Below are positions 55,732-64,000 of a DNA stretch of 64,000 nt, piece after piece. Source of the DNA: Verrucomicrobiia bacterium (GTDB lineage Bacteria > Omnitrophota > Omnitrophia > Omnitrophales > Aquincolibacteriaceae); contig DATJFP010000071.1 in assembly GCA_035495615.1 (NCBI GenBank), forward strand, positions 1,784 to 65,783, given 5' to 3'. A model generated the notes under the pieces. It was not told the origin of the DNA. It saw only the letters and a list, made by a program, of their open reading frames with translations, and searched no databases. Every line of letters begins with the position of its first letter. Position 1 is the stretch's first letter. The translations under genes and the position numbers were made by a program.

Positions 55732-56070
55732 ATGCCATACGTGAAAAGGGAAGGGCGCAGCAGCGAAGGCGGCGACCGTTTTGAAAGAGGCCCGCGGCCT
55801 GGCGGTCGTCCGGGACAGGACGGCAAAGGTCCTCGCGGAAAAGGCCGGGGTTTCCTCCGCAAGAAGCAGAACCGCTTCAACATGGTTTTCGCGCCGAAGC
55901 AGGAAGCCGTCGATTACAAGGACACGGAGCGTCTCGGACGCTTTCTGACCGAAAAAGGAAAAATCATCCCGCGCCGCATCACGGGACTCACGGCCAAGCA
56001 GCAGCGCGTTCTTGCCCGGGCCATCCGGCGCGCGCGCCACGCGGGACTTCTGCCTTTCCAGGCGGACTAA
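55732..56070 (+). CDS. rpsR: 30S ribosomal protein S18 with Gly/Arg-rich N-terminal extension
   Basis: 112 aa; the S18 core sits in the C-terminal ~70 aa. Confidence 0.9.
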   Translation: MPYVKREGRSSEGGDRFERGPRPGGRPGQDGKGPRGKGRGFLRKKQNRFNMVFAPKQEAVDYKDTERLGRFLTEKGKIIPRRITGLTAKQQRVLARAIRRARHAGLLPFQAD

Positions 56071-56091
56071 TCAATCTAAAGAGGTGTTGTT

Positions 56092-56538
56092 ATGGAGCTT
56101 ATTCTCCTTCAGGACGTTGAAAAAGTAGGACGCAAAGGCGAGGTGGTCAGAGTGAAAGAAGGCTTCGGCCGGAATTTCCTCCTGCCCCGCGGCTATGGCT
56201 TGGTTGCCAACTCGGCCAATAAAAAATTCGTCGATGATTTGAAGGCGCGTGCCGCGAAAAGGCGCGAGCAGGAAAAAGACGAAGCCGAGGGCGTGGCCCA
56301 GAAGCTCAAGAACGTCAAGATCAAGCTCGAGCGGCAGGCAGGCGAGAACGAGAAGCTTTTCGGCTCCGTGACCGCGGACGACATCCGCGAGGCCCTCGAA
56401 GAACGCAGCTACAAATTCGATAAGAAACAGATTCAGCTCAAGGACCCGATCCGCACCTTGGGGGCTCACCAGGTTACGGTCGAAGTTTATCCCCAAGTCA
56501 AGGCGACCCTTTCGATAGAAGTCGTTGCTAAAGCCTGA
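56092..56538 (+). CDS. rplI: 50S ribosomal protein L9
   Basis: 148 aa. Confidence 0.94.
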   Translation: MELILLQDVEKVGRKGEVVRVKEGFGRNFLLPRGYGLVANSANKKFVDDLKARAAKRREQEKDEAEGVAQKLKNVKIKLERQAGENEKLFGSVTADDIREALEERSYKFDKKQIQLKDPIRTLGAHQVTVEVYPQVKATLSIEVVAKA

Positions 56539-56558
56539 TCCTTTAAACAAGGAACATC

Positions 56559-57926
56559 ATGGCTCGTGCTGAAACCTTAAATAACCTGATCGAAAAGGTC
56601 CCTCCTCAGAATCGCGATGCCGAGATGAGCGTTCTCGGCGCCATGCTGTTCGATGTTACGGCCCAGCTGCAGGCCATGCAGACTCTCCGCAGCGAATACT
56701 TCTACGAAGAAGCCCACCGCCGCATTTTTTCCGCCATGAATGCGCTGTTCGACCACAATCAGCCCATCGACCTGATCACGGTTTCCGAACAGCTCAAGAG
56801 GCAGGATTCGCTGGAAGCGGCGGGCGGCACGGCTTATCTGACCCAGCTCACGACCATTGTGCCGACGGCCGCGCACATCCAGCAGTATTGCCGCATCGTG
56901 AAGGAAAAGGCGCTGACTCGCGGTCTCATCAAGAACGCGACCATGATCGTGGAGAAATGCTTCGATGCGGGCGAAGACTCCAAGAAGCTGCTCGATGATG
57001 CCGAGCGGATGATCTTCGAGATCACGCAAAACCAGATCGAAGGAAAGTTCTACCATCTCCGCGAAATCATCCACGACAGCATGGAGCGGATCGACCAGCT
57101 CTATCAGCGCAAAGAGCACGTGACCGGTCTCGCTACCGGTTTTTCGGAGTTCGACGTGAAGACCGCCGGGCTTCAGCCGTCCGACCTTATCATCGCCGCG
57201 GGCCGTCCCTCCATGGGAAAATCCGCGTGGGTCTCGAACGTCTGCGAGAACGTAGGCGTAAAGCTGAAAAAAGGCGTGGCCTTTTTCTCACTCGAAATGA
57301 GCCGGGAACAGCTCGTGCAGCGTCTTCTTTGCTCCTACGCGCGCGTGGACGCCCAGGCCGTCAGAACCGGCTATCTCTCGCACCAGGACTGGCCCAAACT
57401 CACGAAGGCCGCAGGCATTTTGTCCGAGTCGCCCATTTTTATCGACGACACACCCGGCCAATCCGTCACGGAAATCCGCGCCAAGGCGCGCCGCATGAAG
57501 ATGCAGCACGACATCCAGCTCGTCGTAATCGACTACCTTCAGCTGATCCGCGGCGGCGGAAGCGTTGAGAGCCGTCAGCAGGAAATTTCCCAGATTTCAA
57601 TGTCGCTCAAGGAACTCGCGCGTGAGCTGCGGGTCCCGGTTATCGCGGTTTCCCAATTGTCCCGCGCCGTGGAAAACCGCCAGGGCAACCGGCCCATGCT
57701 TTCCGATCTCCGCGAATCAGGCGCGATCGAGCAGGACGCTGATTTAGTAGTTTTCCTTTTTCGAGAAGAGTATTACAATCCTAAACCGGAGAACGAGAAC
57801 AAAGCCGAGGCCATCATCGCCAAGCAGCGTAACGGACCGATCGGGACCGTGGAAATGGTCTTTCAGAAAAAGTTCACCCGATTTGAAAACATGGAAACCC
57901 ACAGAACCGAGGAGACCACGTTGTGA
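56559..57926 (+). CDS. dnaB: replicative DNA helicase DnaB
   Basis: 455 aa; Walker A GRPSMGKS and the RecA-like C-domain. Confidence 0.96.
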   Translation: MARAETLNNLIEKVPPQNRDAEMSVLGAMLFDVTAQLQAMQTLRSEYFYEEAHRRIFSAMNALFDHNQPIDLITVSEQLKRQDSLEAAGGTAYLTQLTTIVPTAAHIQQYCRIVKEKALTRGLIKNATMIVEKCFDAGEDSKKLLDDAERMIFEITQNQIEGKFYHLREIIHDSMERIDQLYQRKEHVTGLATGFSEFDVKTAGLQPSDLIIAAGRPSMGKSAWVSNVCENVGVKLKKGVAFFSLEMSREQLVQRLLCSYARVDAQAVRTGYLSHQDWPKLTKAAGILSESPIFIDDTPGQSVTEIRAKARRMKMQHDIQLVVIDYLQLIRGGGSVESRQQEISQISMSLKELARELRVPVIAVSQLSRAVENRQGNRPMLSDLRESGAIEQDADLVVFLFREEYYNPKPENENKAEAIIAKQRNGPIGTVEMVFQKKFTRFENMETHRTEETTL

Positions 57927-60382
57927 GAAAGTTTTGGTTGGTGGCGTTTTTTGTTCTTCTCCCGCTGTCTTGGAACGTAAGATTCGCCGCCGCAGAGGAA
58001 ACTCCCCCGAAGGCGAGCGAAGACAAGGATCTCGATAACCTCCAGCAGGACCTGGAAACCCTTTCCTCCGAAAAGTCCCAGCCGGGCGCTCCGGCCGAAG
58101 AAGCCGCCGCTCCGCAGAACGAAGAAGCCCAGCCGGGCGCGGAGCAGCAGCCCCAGCCCGAACCCAGCAAGCCTCCCAAGGAAGTCGTCGGAGTCGAAGT
58201 CCGCGGCAACCAGATCGTCAGCACGAATACCATTCTCGCGAAGATCAAGACCCAGAAGGGCATGAGGCTGACGCAGGACACTATTAATGAAGACGTGAAG
58301 CGCCTCTATGCCACCGGCTTTTTCCAGGACATCAAAATGGAAGTCGAAGACGAGGCGAACGGCTATGTCGTCGTGGTCACGGTCTTCGAAAAACCCATCA
58401 TCCGGCAGATCAATCTCAAAGGATTCACGAGATTCAAGGAAGACAAGCTGCGCAAGACGCTGAAGGTGATCGAAGGGCAGATCCTGGACCGCAAGGCGAT
58501 CAAGGAAGGCGTCGAGGCCATCCGGAAGCTGTACGGCGACAAGGGATATAAGTTCGTAGACATTGACTCCCAGGTCGACGTCAACGAGAAGACCAAGGAA
58601 GCCGCGGTCACGATCGTCATTACCGAGGGCAATAAATTCAAAATCAAGAGCATCGACTTCGAAGGTGTCAACGCGTTCAAGGTCAAGAAGCTGACCAAGC
58701 TCATGAAGACCAAACGCAAGAAGCTCTTCAGCTCCGGCATTTTCAAGGAAGAGAACTTCGACAAGGACATCGAGCGCATCGTCTTCTTTTACCAGCAGGA
58801 AGGTTATCTCGACGTGAAGGTCCAGCCCGACTTCCAGTACGACGAGAAAGACAAGATGATGGTCATCAAGATTTCCGTCGAAGAAGGTCCGCATTACGTG
58901 ACCGGCGAGATCAAGCTGCAGGGCAACGAACTTTTCCCGGAATCGGAATTGTGGCAGAAGCTCGAGATGCTGCCGGGCCTTACGTACTCCCAGTATTACC
59001 TGTCGAAAGACATCGAGAAGATCCGCGATTATTACCATGATCAGGGCCACATCGACGTCAGGATCGTTCCCGATGTGAAGCTCAACCGCGATTCCGGCAA
59101 GGTGGACGTGACCTACAAGATCGAAGAGGGCGACCTCTACTTCGTCGAAAAGGTCATTATCCGCGGCAATACCAAAACGCGCGACATCGTGATCCGCCGC
59201 GAGCTGAGGATCCGCCCGGGCGAAAAATTCGACGGCGAAAAAATCCGCAAATCCAAGCAGCGCCTGGAAAACCTCGGTTTCTTCGAGGACGTCACTTACG
59301 ATACGCAGCCTTCCGGCGAGGCCTCGAACCGCAAGGACTTGATTTTCCGCGTGAAGGAAAAGAGGACGGGCGAGCTGTCGTTCGGCGGCGGCGTGAGTTC
59401 TGTCGACCGCTTCGTGGGATTCGCGGAAATTTCCCAGCGCAACTTCGACATCTTCAACTTTCCGCGCTTCACCGGCGACGGGCAGACGCTCGCGCTGCGC
59501 GCGCGCGTCGGTTCCATCAGCAAGGACTTCAGCCTGAATTTCGTGGAGCCTTATCTTTTCAACAAACCGATCGCCTGGGGCAATGAGCTTTACGACATCC
59601 GCCGCGACGCCGAAAACACGGATTTCGAGGAAGAGCGGCTGGGCGCGGGCACTACGCTGTCGCGTACGTTCAAGGATACGATCACGCTTGGCGGCGGCTA
59701 CACGCTGGAACGCGTGAAGCTCGATCAGCTGTCCGACGACGCGCCGGCCATCGTGCGCGAATTCGAAGGCAGCAACTGGCTTTCGCGCATCAAGGCCTTC
59801 ACCAACTACGACACGCGCGATAACGTTTACAATCCGACCAAAGGTTTTCTGGCCACCCTGCAGGGCGACCTGATTGGAAGCTTTCTCGGCGGCGACCAGG
59901 ATTACTACATCCTCCAGACCAGCCTGACGAAGTATTGGACCTTCTTTAAAAAGCACATCCTGGAATTCAGGACGCGTCTCGGTGCCGCGCAGTCTTTCGG
60001 CGATTCGGACAACGTGCCTGTTTTCGACCGGTTCTATGCGGGCGGTCTGGGTACGGTGCGCGGCTATAACTACCGCCGCGTCGGCCCGCTCGAAGCCGGA
60101 GACGCGGTCGGCGGCGAGTCGCTTGCCATCGTGAACCTGGAATACACGTTCCCCATCTTGAAGCTCGACTCGTTCCGCGGCGCGATTTTCGTGGATGCCG
60201 GCCAAGTGAGCGAAGATGCCTACAAGTTCGATTTCGGTGAAACCGCCATCAGTATCGGACCGGGCATCAAGATCAAAACCCCCGTTGGTCCCGTCGCATT
60301 CTACTATGGTTTCCCCATTGCCAACCGCGACACGGAAGACAAAAACGGCCGCTTTGAATTCAGTTTGAGCCGCGGATTCTAA
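57923..60382 (+). CDS. bamA: outer membrane protein assembly factor BamA (GTG start, overlaps dnaB stop)
   Basis: 819 aa; signal peptide, low-complexity acidic/Pro region, POTRA repeats, C-terminal beta-barrel ending in F. Confidence 0.93.
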   Translation: MRKFWLVAFFVLLPLSWNVRFAAAEETPPKASEDKDLDNLQQDLETLSSEKSQPGAPAEEAAAPQNEEAQPGAEQQPQPEPSKPPKEVVGVEVRGNQIVSTNTILAKIKTQKGMRLTQDTINEDVKRLYATGFFQDIKMEVEDEANGYVVVVTVFEKPIIRQINLKGFTRFKEDKLRKTLKVIEGQILDRKAIKEGVEAIRKLYGDKGYKFVDIDSQVDVNEKTKEAAVTIVITEGNKFKIKSIDFEGVNAFKVKKLTKLMKTKRKKLFSSGIFKEENFDKDIERIVFFYQQEGYLDVKVQPDFQYDEKDKMMVIKISVEEGPHYVTGEIKLQGNELFPESELWQKLEMLPGLTYSQYYLSKDIEKIRDYYHDQGHIDVRIVPDVKLNRDSGKVDVTYKIEEGDLYFVEKVIIRGNTKTRDIVIRRELRIRPGEKFDGEKIRKSKQRLENLGFFEDVTYDTQPSGEASNRKDLIFRVKEKRTGELSFGGGVSSVDRFVGFAEISQRNFDIFNFPRFTGDGQTLALRARVGSISKDFSLNFVEPYLFNKPIAWGNELYDIRRDAENTDFEEERLGAGTTLSRTFKDTITLGGGYTLERVKLDQLSDDAPAIVREFEGSNWLSRIKAFTNYDTRDNVYNPTKGFLATLQGDLIGSFLGGDQDYYILQTSLTKYWTFFKKHILEFRTRLGAAQSFGDSDNVPVFDRFYAGGLGTVRGYNYRRVGPLEAGDAVGGESLAIVNLEYTFPILKLDSFRGAIFVDAGQVSEDAYKFDFGETAISIGPGIKIKTPVGPVAFYYGFPIANRDTEDKNGRFEFSLSRGF

Positions 60383-60406
60383 AATAACCCACAGGAGAAG
60401 AAAGTC

Positions 60407-60925
60407 ATGAAAGCCGTCAGAATTTATGCAACCGCCATCGTTTTGATATTCACCGCCGCGGCTTTCGCGAAACCCTTGCGCGCCGCCGAGCCGACCTATG
60501 TTTACGTCGATGTGGCTGTCCTCTTCGACGAATACCAGAAGACCAAAGACAACGACGAAGTGCTGAAGAATCTCGGACAGAGCAAAGAGCAGGAACGCGA
60601 CACGCTCGTCAATGAAGTTCGGGCGATCAAGGACGAAATGGTTCTCCTGAATGACGATGCCAAGACCGCCAAGCAGGAAGCGCTCGACGAAAAGATCCGC
60701 AAGCTGCAGGATTTCGATCAGTCCGCCAAGCGCGAGCTCGGGGAAAAGCGCAACAAGCTGGTCCGCGAAATCTTCAAGGACATCGACGACACGGTGCAGC
60801 GCTTCGGCGAAAGAAAAGGCTATGACATGATCCTGAACGAGCGCGCGCTGCTTTACCGCAATCCGAAGCTCGACGTGACGCAGGAAATCCTGAAAGAACT
60901 GAACAAAGGCTACAAGAAAGCGTAA
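60407..60925 (+). CDS. skp: periplasmic chaperone Skp/OmpH
   Basis: 172 aa; signal peptide plus coiled-coil OmpH fold, directly after bamA. Confidence 0.85.
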   Translation: MKAVRIYATAIVLIFTAAAFAKPLRAAEPTYVYVDVAVLFDEYQKTKDNDEVLKNLGQSKEQERDTLVNEVRAIKDEMVLLNDDAKTAKQEALDEKIRKLQDFDQSAKRELGEKRNKLVREIFKDIDDTVQRFGERKGYDMILNERALLYRNPKLDVTQEILKELNKGYKKA

Positions 60926-60949
60926 CCGGAATTTGTAGCCGGGCAGGCC

Positions 60950-62287
60950 ATGGAAACGATGCAAAAGGAAACCGAAGGGGAAACCAGGACGGAAACGGCG
61001 ACGGCCGTTTACCAGCGCACACTTCTGCGCCCCGTGTCTTTCCACGGTAAAGGCATCCACACGGGCCAGGAAGTGGAATTCAGCGTGCTTCCGGCGCCGG
61101 CGAATTCGGGCATCCTTTTTTGCCGCAAGGATCTGAACCCGAACCTGCGGGTGAAGGCCTCGGTGGAAAATGTCCGCAGTGACGAGCTGCGCCAGACCGC
61201 GCTTGTCATCGGCAACGGCGTCGTACGCACCATCGAGCATCTCATGGCCACGTTTCACGGGCTCGGGATCGATAACGCCATCGTGGAAGTGAGCGGTGAC
61301 GAGATTCCGGCCATGGACGGAAGCGCGCGCGAATTTGCCAACGCATTTTTGGAGATCGGTTTCGAAGAGCAGTCCGCCCCGCGGCGCTGGGTCGAGGCGA
61401 AAAACCCGGTTTTCGTGGACCTGGGAGACCAGAGCATCATCCTGCTGCCGGGCAAAGGCCTGACCCTTTCGTATACCCTCAGCTACCGGCACGAGGACCT
61501 GCAGGACCAGTTTTTGACCCTGCCGATCGTGCCCGAGGTTTTCGAAAGGGAGCTGGCACCGGCCCGGACGTTCTGCCTCAAGCAGGAAGCGCAATACCTT
61601 TTGTCCCAAGGCTTTGGGAAAGGTGCCAGCGTGGAAAATACCCTGATTTTCGAGCGCAACCGCCCCATGGGCAATACATTGCGCTTTGAAAATGAGGCCT
61701 GCCGGCATAAAATGATGGATTTATTGGGGGACCTCTTCCTGGCCTGCGGTTTTGTGCGCGGCCACGTGATCGCCACGCGAAGCGGCCACACCCTTAATCT
61801 GAAACTGGTGAGAGAACTGCTCATGGGAAATCAGCCGTCTAGGGCCGAATGGCCTTCGGTCCTTTCCGTCGAAGACATCCAAAAAGTCATACCGCACCGG
61901 TATCCGTTCTTGTTCGTCGACAAGATCGAGAACTTCAAGCCTGGCGTGAGCGCCACGGGCTTCAAGCAAGTCAGCATGAACGATTATTTCTTCCAGGGGC
62001 ATTTTCCCGGCCATCCGGTAATGCCCGGGGTCCTGATTATCGAGGCCATGGCCCAGGTGGGCGGCGTCATCATGCTCAGCAAGCCGGAGAACAACGGCAA
62101 GATCGCGTATTTCATGAGCATCGATTATGCGAAATTTCGCCAGCCCGTCCATCCGGGAGACGAACTCCGGATGGAAGTTGAGATCGGAAAAATCCGCGCC
62201 CGCACCGGTCAATGCACCGGCAGCGCGTTTGTGGGAGATAAACTTGTATGCGAAGCACAAGTGAAGTTCGCAGTCGTCGATCGGTAG
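60950..62287 (+). CDS. lpxC-fabZ: bifunctional UDP-3-O-acyl-GlcNAc deacetylase / 3-hydroxyacyl-ACP dehydratase (LpxC-FabZ fusion)
   Basis: 445 aa; LpxC domain in the N-terminal ~290 aa and a FabZ hot-dog domain (HFPGHPVMPGVL) C-terminally. Confidence 0.92.
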   Translation: METMQKETEGETRTETATAVYQRTLLRPVSFHGKGIHTGQEVEFSVLPAPANSGILFCRKDLNPNLRVKASVENVRSDELRQTALVIGNGVVRTIEHLMATFHGLGIDNAIVEVSGDEIPAMDGSAREFANAFLEIGFEEQSAPRRWVEAKNPVFVDLGDQSIILLPGKGLTLSYTLSYRHEDLQDQFLTLPIVPEVFERELAPARTFCLKQEAQYLLSQGFGKGASVENTLIFERNRPMGNTLRFENEACRHKMMDLLGDLFLACGFVRGHVIATRSGHTLNLKLVRELLMGNQPSRAEWPSVLSVEDIQKVIPHRYPFLFVDKIENFKPGVSATGFKQVSMNDYFFQGHFPGHPVMPGVLIIEAMAQVGGVIMLSKPENNGKIAYFMSIDYAKFRQPVHPGDELRMEVEIGKIRARTGQCTGSAFVGDKLVCEAQVKFAVVDR

Positions 62288-63054
62288 TCATCCATCCGAC
62301 AGCGATCGTCCATCCCGACGCCGACCTCGGCGAAGGGGTCAAGGTCGGCCCTTTTTCACTGATCGCCGGAACCGTGAAGGTCGGCGACCGTTCCGTGATC
62401 GGCGCGCGCGTGAGCCTGGAAGGGCACACGACGCTCGGCGCGGACAACGAGATTTTTACCGGGGCCGTGCTCGGAAGCGTGACGCAGGACAAGAAATACG
62501 ACGGCGGTATCAGCTACCTCAAGATCGGCGACGGCAACAAAATCCGCGAATACGTGACGATCAATCCCGGCACGAAAGACGGCACCAGCACGATCATCGG
62601 CAACCAGAACCTGCTCATGGCCTACAGCCATGTCGCACATGACTGCGTGCTCGGCAATCACACCGTGCTCGCCAACCAGGGCACGCTTGCCGGCCACGTG
62701 AGCGTCGAAGACGGCGCCATCATCGGCGGCCTCAGCGCCGTGCATCAGTTTGTCCGCATCGGCAAGCTTTCCATCATCGGCGGCTGTTCCAAGGTCGTGC
62801 AGGACGTGCCGCCCTTCATGATGGTGGACGGGCATCCGGCCCGCGCTTACGGCATCAATTCCGTGGGCATGGACCGCGCCGGCTATTCCTCGGACGACAA
62901 ATCGCTTCTCAAGAAGGCGTTCCGCATCGTTTTCAAGTCGCGGCTGACTTTGAAAAACGCCATGGTGAAGCTGGAGCAGGAACTTCCCGCCACGCCTACC
63001 CGCGACATCTTGCTGAATTTTCTGAAAGCCTCTGACCGCGGCATCTGCCGCTAG
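62248..63054 (+). CDS. lpxA: acyl-ACP--UDP-N-acetylglucosamine O-acyltransferase
   Basis: 268 aa; hexapeptide-repeat left-handed beta-helix. The start is uncertain: ATG 62248 overlaps lpxC-fabZ by 40 nt, and the conserved core begins at IHPTAIV. Confidence 0.88.
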   Translation: MRSTSEVRSRRSVVIHPTAIVHPDADLGEGVKVGPFSLIAGTVKVGDRSVIGARVSLEGHTTLGADNEIFTGAVLGSVTQDKKYDGGISYLKIGDGNKIREYVTINPGTKDGTSTIIGNQNLLMAYSHVAHDCVLGNHTVLANQGTLAGHVSVEDGAIIGGLSAVHQFVRIGKLSIIGGCSKVVQDVPPFMMVDGHPARAYGINSVGMDRAGYSSDDKSLLKKAFRIVFKSRLTLKNAMVKLEQELPATPTRDILLNFLKASDRGICR

Positions 63055-63095
63055 GCGGGTTTTTTTCCGGGCCGCCCATCCCAGGCAAAGGAACC

Positions 63096-63914
63096 ATGAA
63101 GACCATCGGAATCATCGCCGGTAACGGACGTTTTCCCATCCTCGTCGCCAACGAAGCACGCAGGTCCGGCCACCGCGTCGTCGTCTGCGCCATCGAAAAA
63201 GAAGCCGATCCTGCCCTGGAAAAAATCGCCGATGCCTGCACGTGGACCAAGATCGGACAGCTTTCCAGACTCAAAAAATTTTTCCGCCATGAAGGCGTAA
63301 GCGAAGCCGTGATGGCCGGCAAGATCGAAAAGGTGCGCCTCTTCCAGGAAAACGTCAGCCCGGACCTCGACATGGTCGGCGTCCTGATGAAGACGCGAGA
63401 CTTCAAGGATGACTCGCTTCTCGGCGGCATTGCCGATTATCTCGGAGGCCAGGGGATTACACTCTTGGACTCGACCACCTTTACCAAAGATCTCATGCCC
63501 GGCGAAGGGGTGCTGGGAAAGAAAAAGCCCTCCCGTGAAGTCCTCGAAGACATTCAGTTCGGCTTCAAAATGGCCAAATCCATTGCCGGCCTGGACATAG
63601 GGCAAACCGTCGTCGTCAAAAAGAAGGCGGTTCTGGCAGTGGAAGCCATTGAAGGCACGGATCTTGCAATAAAACGGGGCGCTGAACTTGGCGCTTACAA
63701 AATTGTAGTTGTCAAAGTTGCAAAGCCGTCTCAAGATATGCGTTTTGACGTCCCGGCGGTAGGCCTGAAGACGCTTTCCGAGCTGATTCGGGCCAAGGCC
63801 GAGGCTTTTGCCTTTGAGGCCGGCAAGACCTTGTTTCTGGATCTCAAGGAATTCATCCAGCAGGCGGACAAACATAAGATCGCGCTTGTCGGAACTTTGG
63901 GAAAACAACCATGA
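63096..63914 (+). CDS. lpxI: UDP-2,3-diacylglucosamine hydrolase LpxI (DUF1009 family)
   Basis: 272 aa; N-terminal GIIAGNGRFP motif and lpxA-lpxI adjacency as in LpxI-using bacteria. Confidence 0.75.
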   Translation: MKTIGIIAGNGRFPILVANEARRSGHRVVVCAIEKEADPALEKIADACTWTKIGQLSRLKKFFRHEGVSEAVMAGKIEKVRLFQENVSPDLDMVGVLMKTRDFKDDSLLGGIADYLGGQGITLLDSTTFTKDLMPGEGVLGKKKPSREVLEDIQFGFKMAKSIAGLDIGQTVVVKKKAVLAVEAIEGTDLAIKRGAELGAYKIVVVKVAKPSQDMRFDVPAVGLKTLSELIRAKAEAFAFEAGKTLFLDLKEFIQQADKHKIALVGTLGKQP

Positions 63915-64000
63915 CGCAAAAAACAAAAAAAGAAGGAAACGCACCCACGAGTGAAACGCAGGCGCTCAAGCTGACGGCCCTGCATGATGTTTCGCAGGCC
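63911..64000 (+). CDS. 5' fragment of an ORF (30 aa visible) overlapping the lpxI stop; identity not determinable (lpxB would be expected by synteny)
   Basis: ATGA overlap; only MTQKTKKEGNAPTSETQALKLTALHDVSQA is visible before the window ends. Confidence 0.3.
   Translation, partial: MTQKTKKEGNAPTSETQALKLTALHDVSQA

Noticed and set aside
57863-61708. 1281-aa minus-strand ORF
   Set aside because: Antisense to bamA/skp/lpxC-fabZ, which are well supported; it has no recognisable domains.

Overview
This is a high-GC (~60%) bacterial core-genome segment in which almost all coding is on the + strand. The minus-strand ORFs in the track are antisense artefacts of GC-rich coding sequence. The content is the classical translation/transcription super-cluster: the tail of an RND efflux permease and a small 2-TM HAMP-like protein, then tandem promoters, tRNA-Thr, tuf, tRNA-Trp, secE-nusG-rplKAJL-rpoBC, rpsL-rpsG-fusA, and the S10, spc and alpha operons through rplQ, with type-Z S14, adk, map, infA, rpmJ, no L30 and no second tuf copy. 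Downstream are a class-I aminotransferase; a compact 630-aa Mfd-like protein; surA-pdxA-rsmA; gatCAB-tsaD-mgtC; hisG preceded by a near-consensus promoter; an unannotated 32-aa ultra-basic ORF resembling ribosomal protein bS22; and a strong intrinsic terminator 8 nt before ispE. These are followed by spoVG; tRNA-Gln(UUG); clpX; two carbohydrate-type ABC permeases with no ATPase or binding protein; glmU-prs-rplY(ctc)-pth; rpsF-ssb-rpsR-rplI-dnaB; and a diderm envelope cluster bamA-skp-(lpxC::fabZ fusion)-lpxA-lpxI. No CRISPR array, transposase, integrase or phage gene was recognised. The most unusual points are the truncated Mfd, the bS22-like micro-ORF, the hairpin/terminator array before ispE, tRNA-Trp-derived repeats in a structured spacer before secE, the orphan permease pair inside a housekeeping operon, and Lys/Ala/Glu-rich low-complexity tails on many ribosomal proteins. 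The taxon cannot be assigned from sequence alone; a diderm with LpxI, SpoVG and GatCAB is all that can be said.
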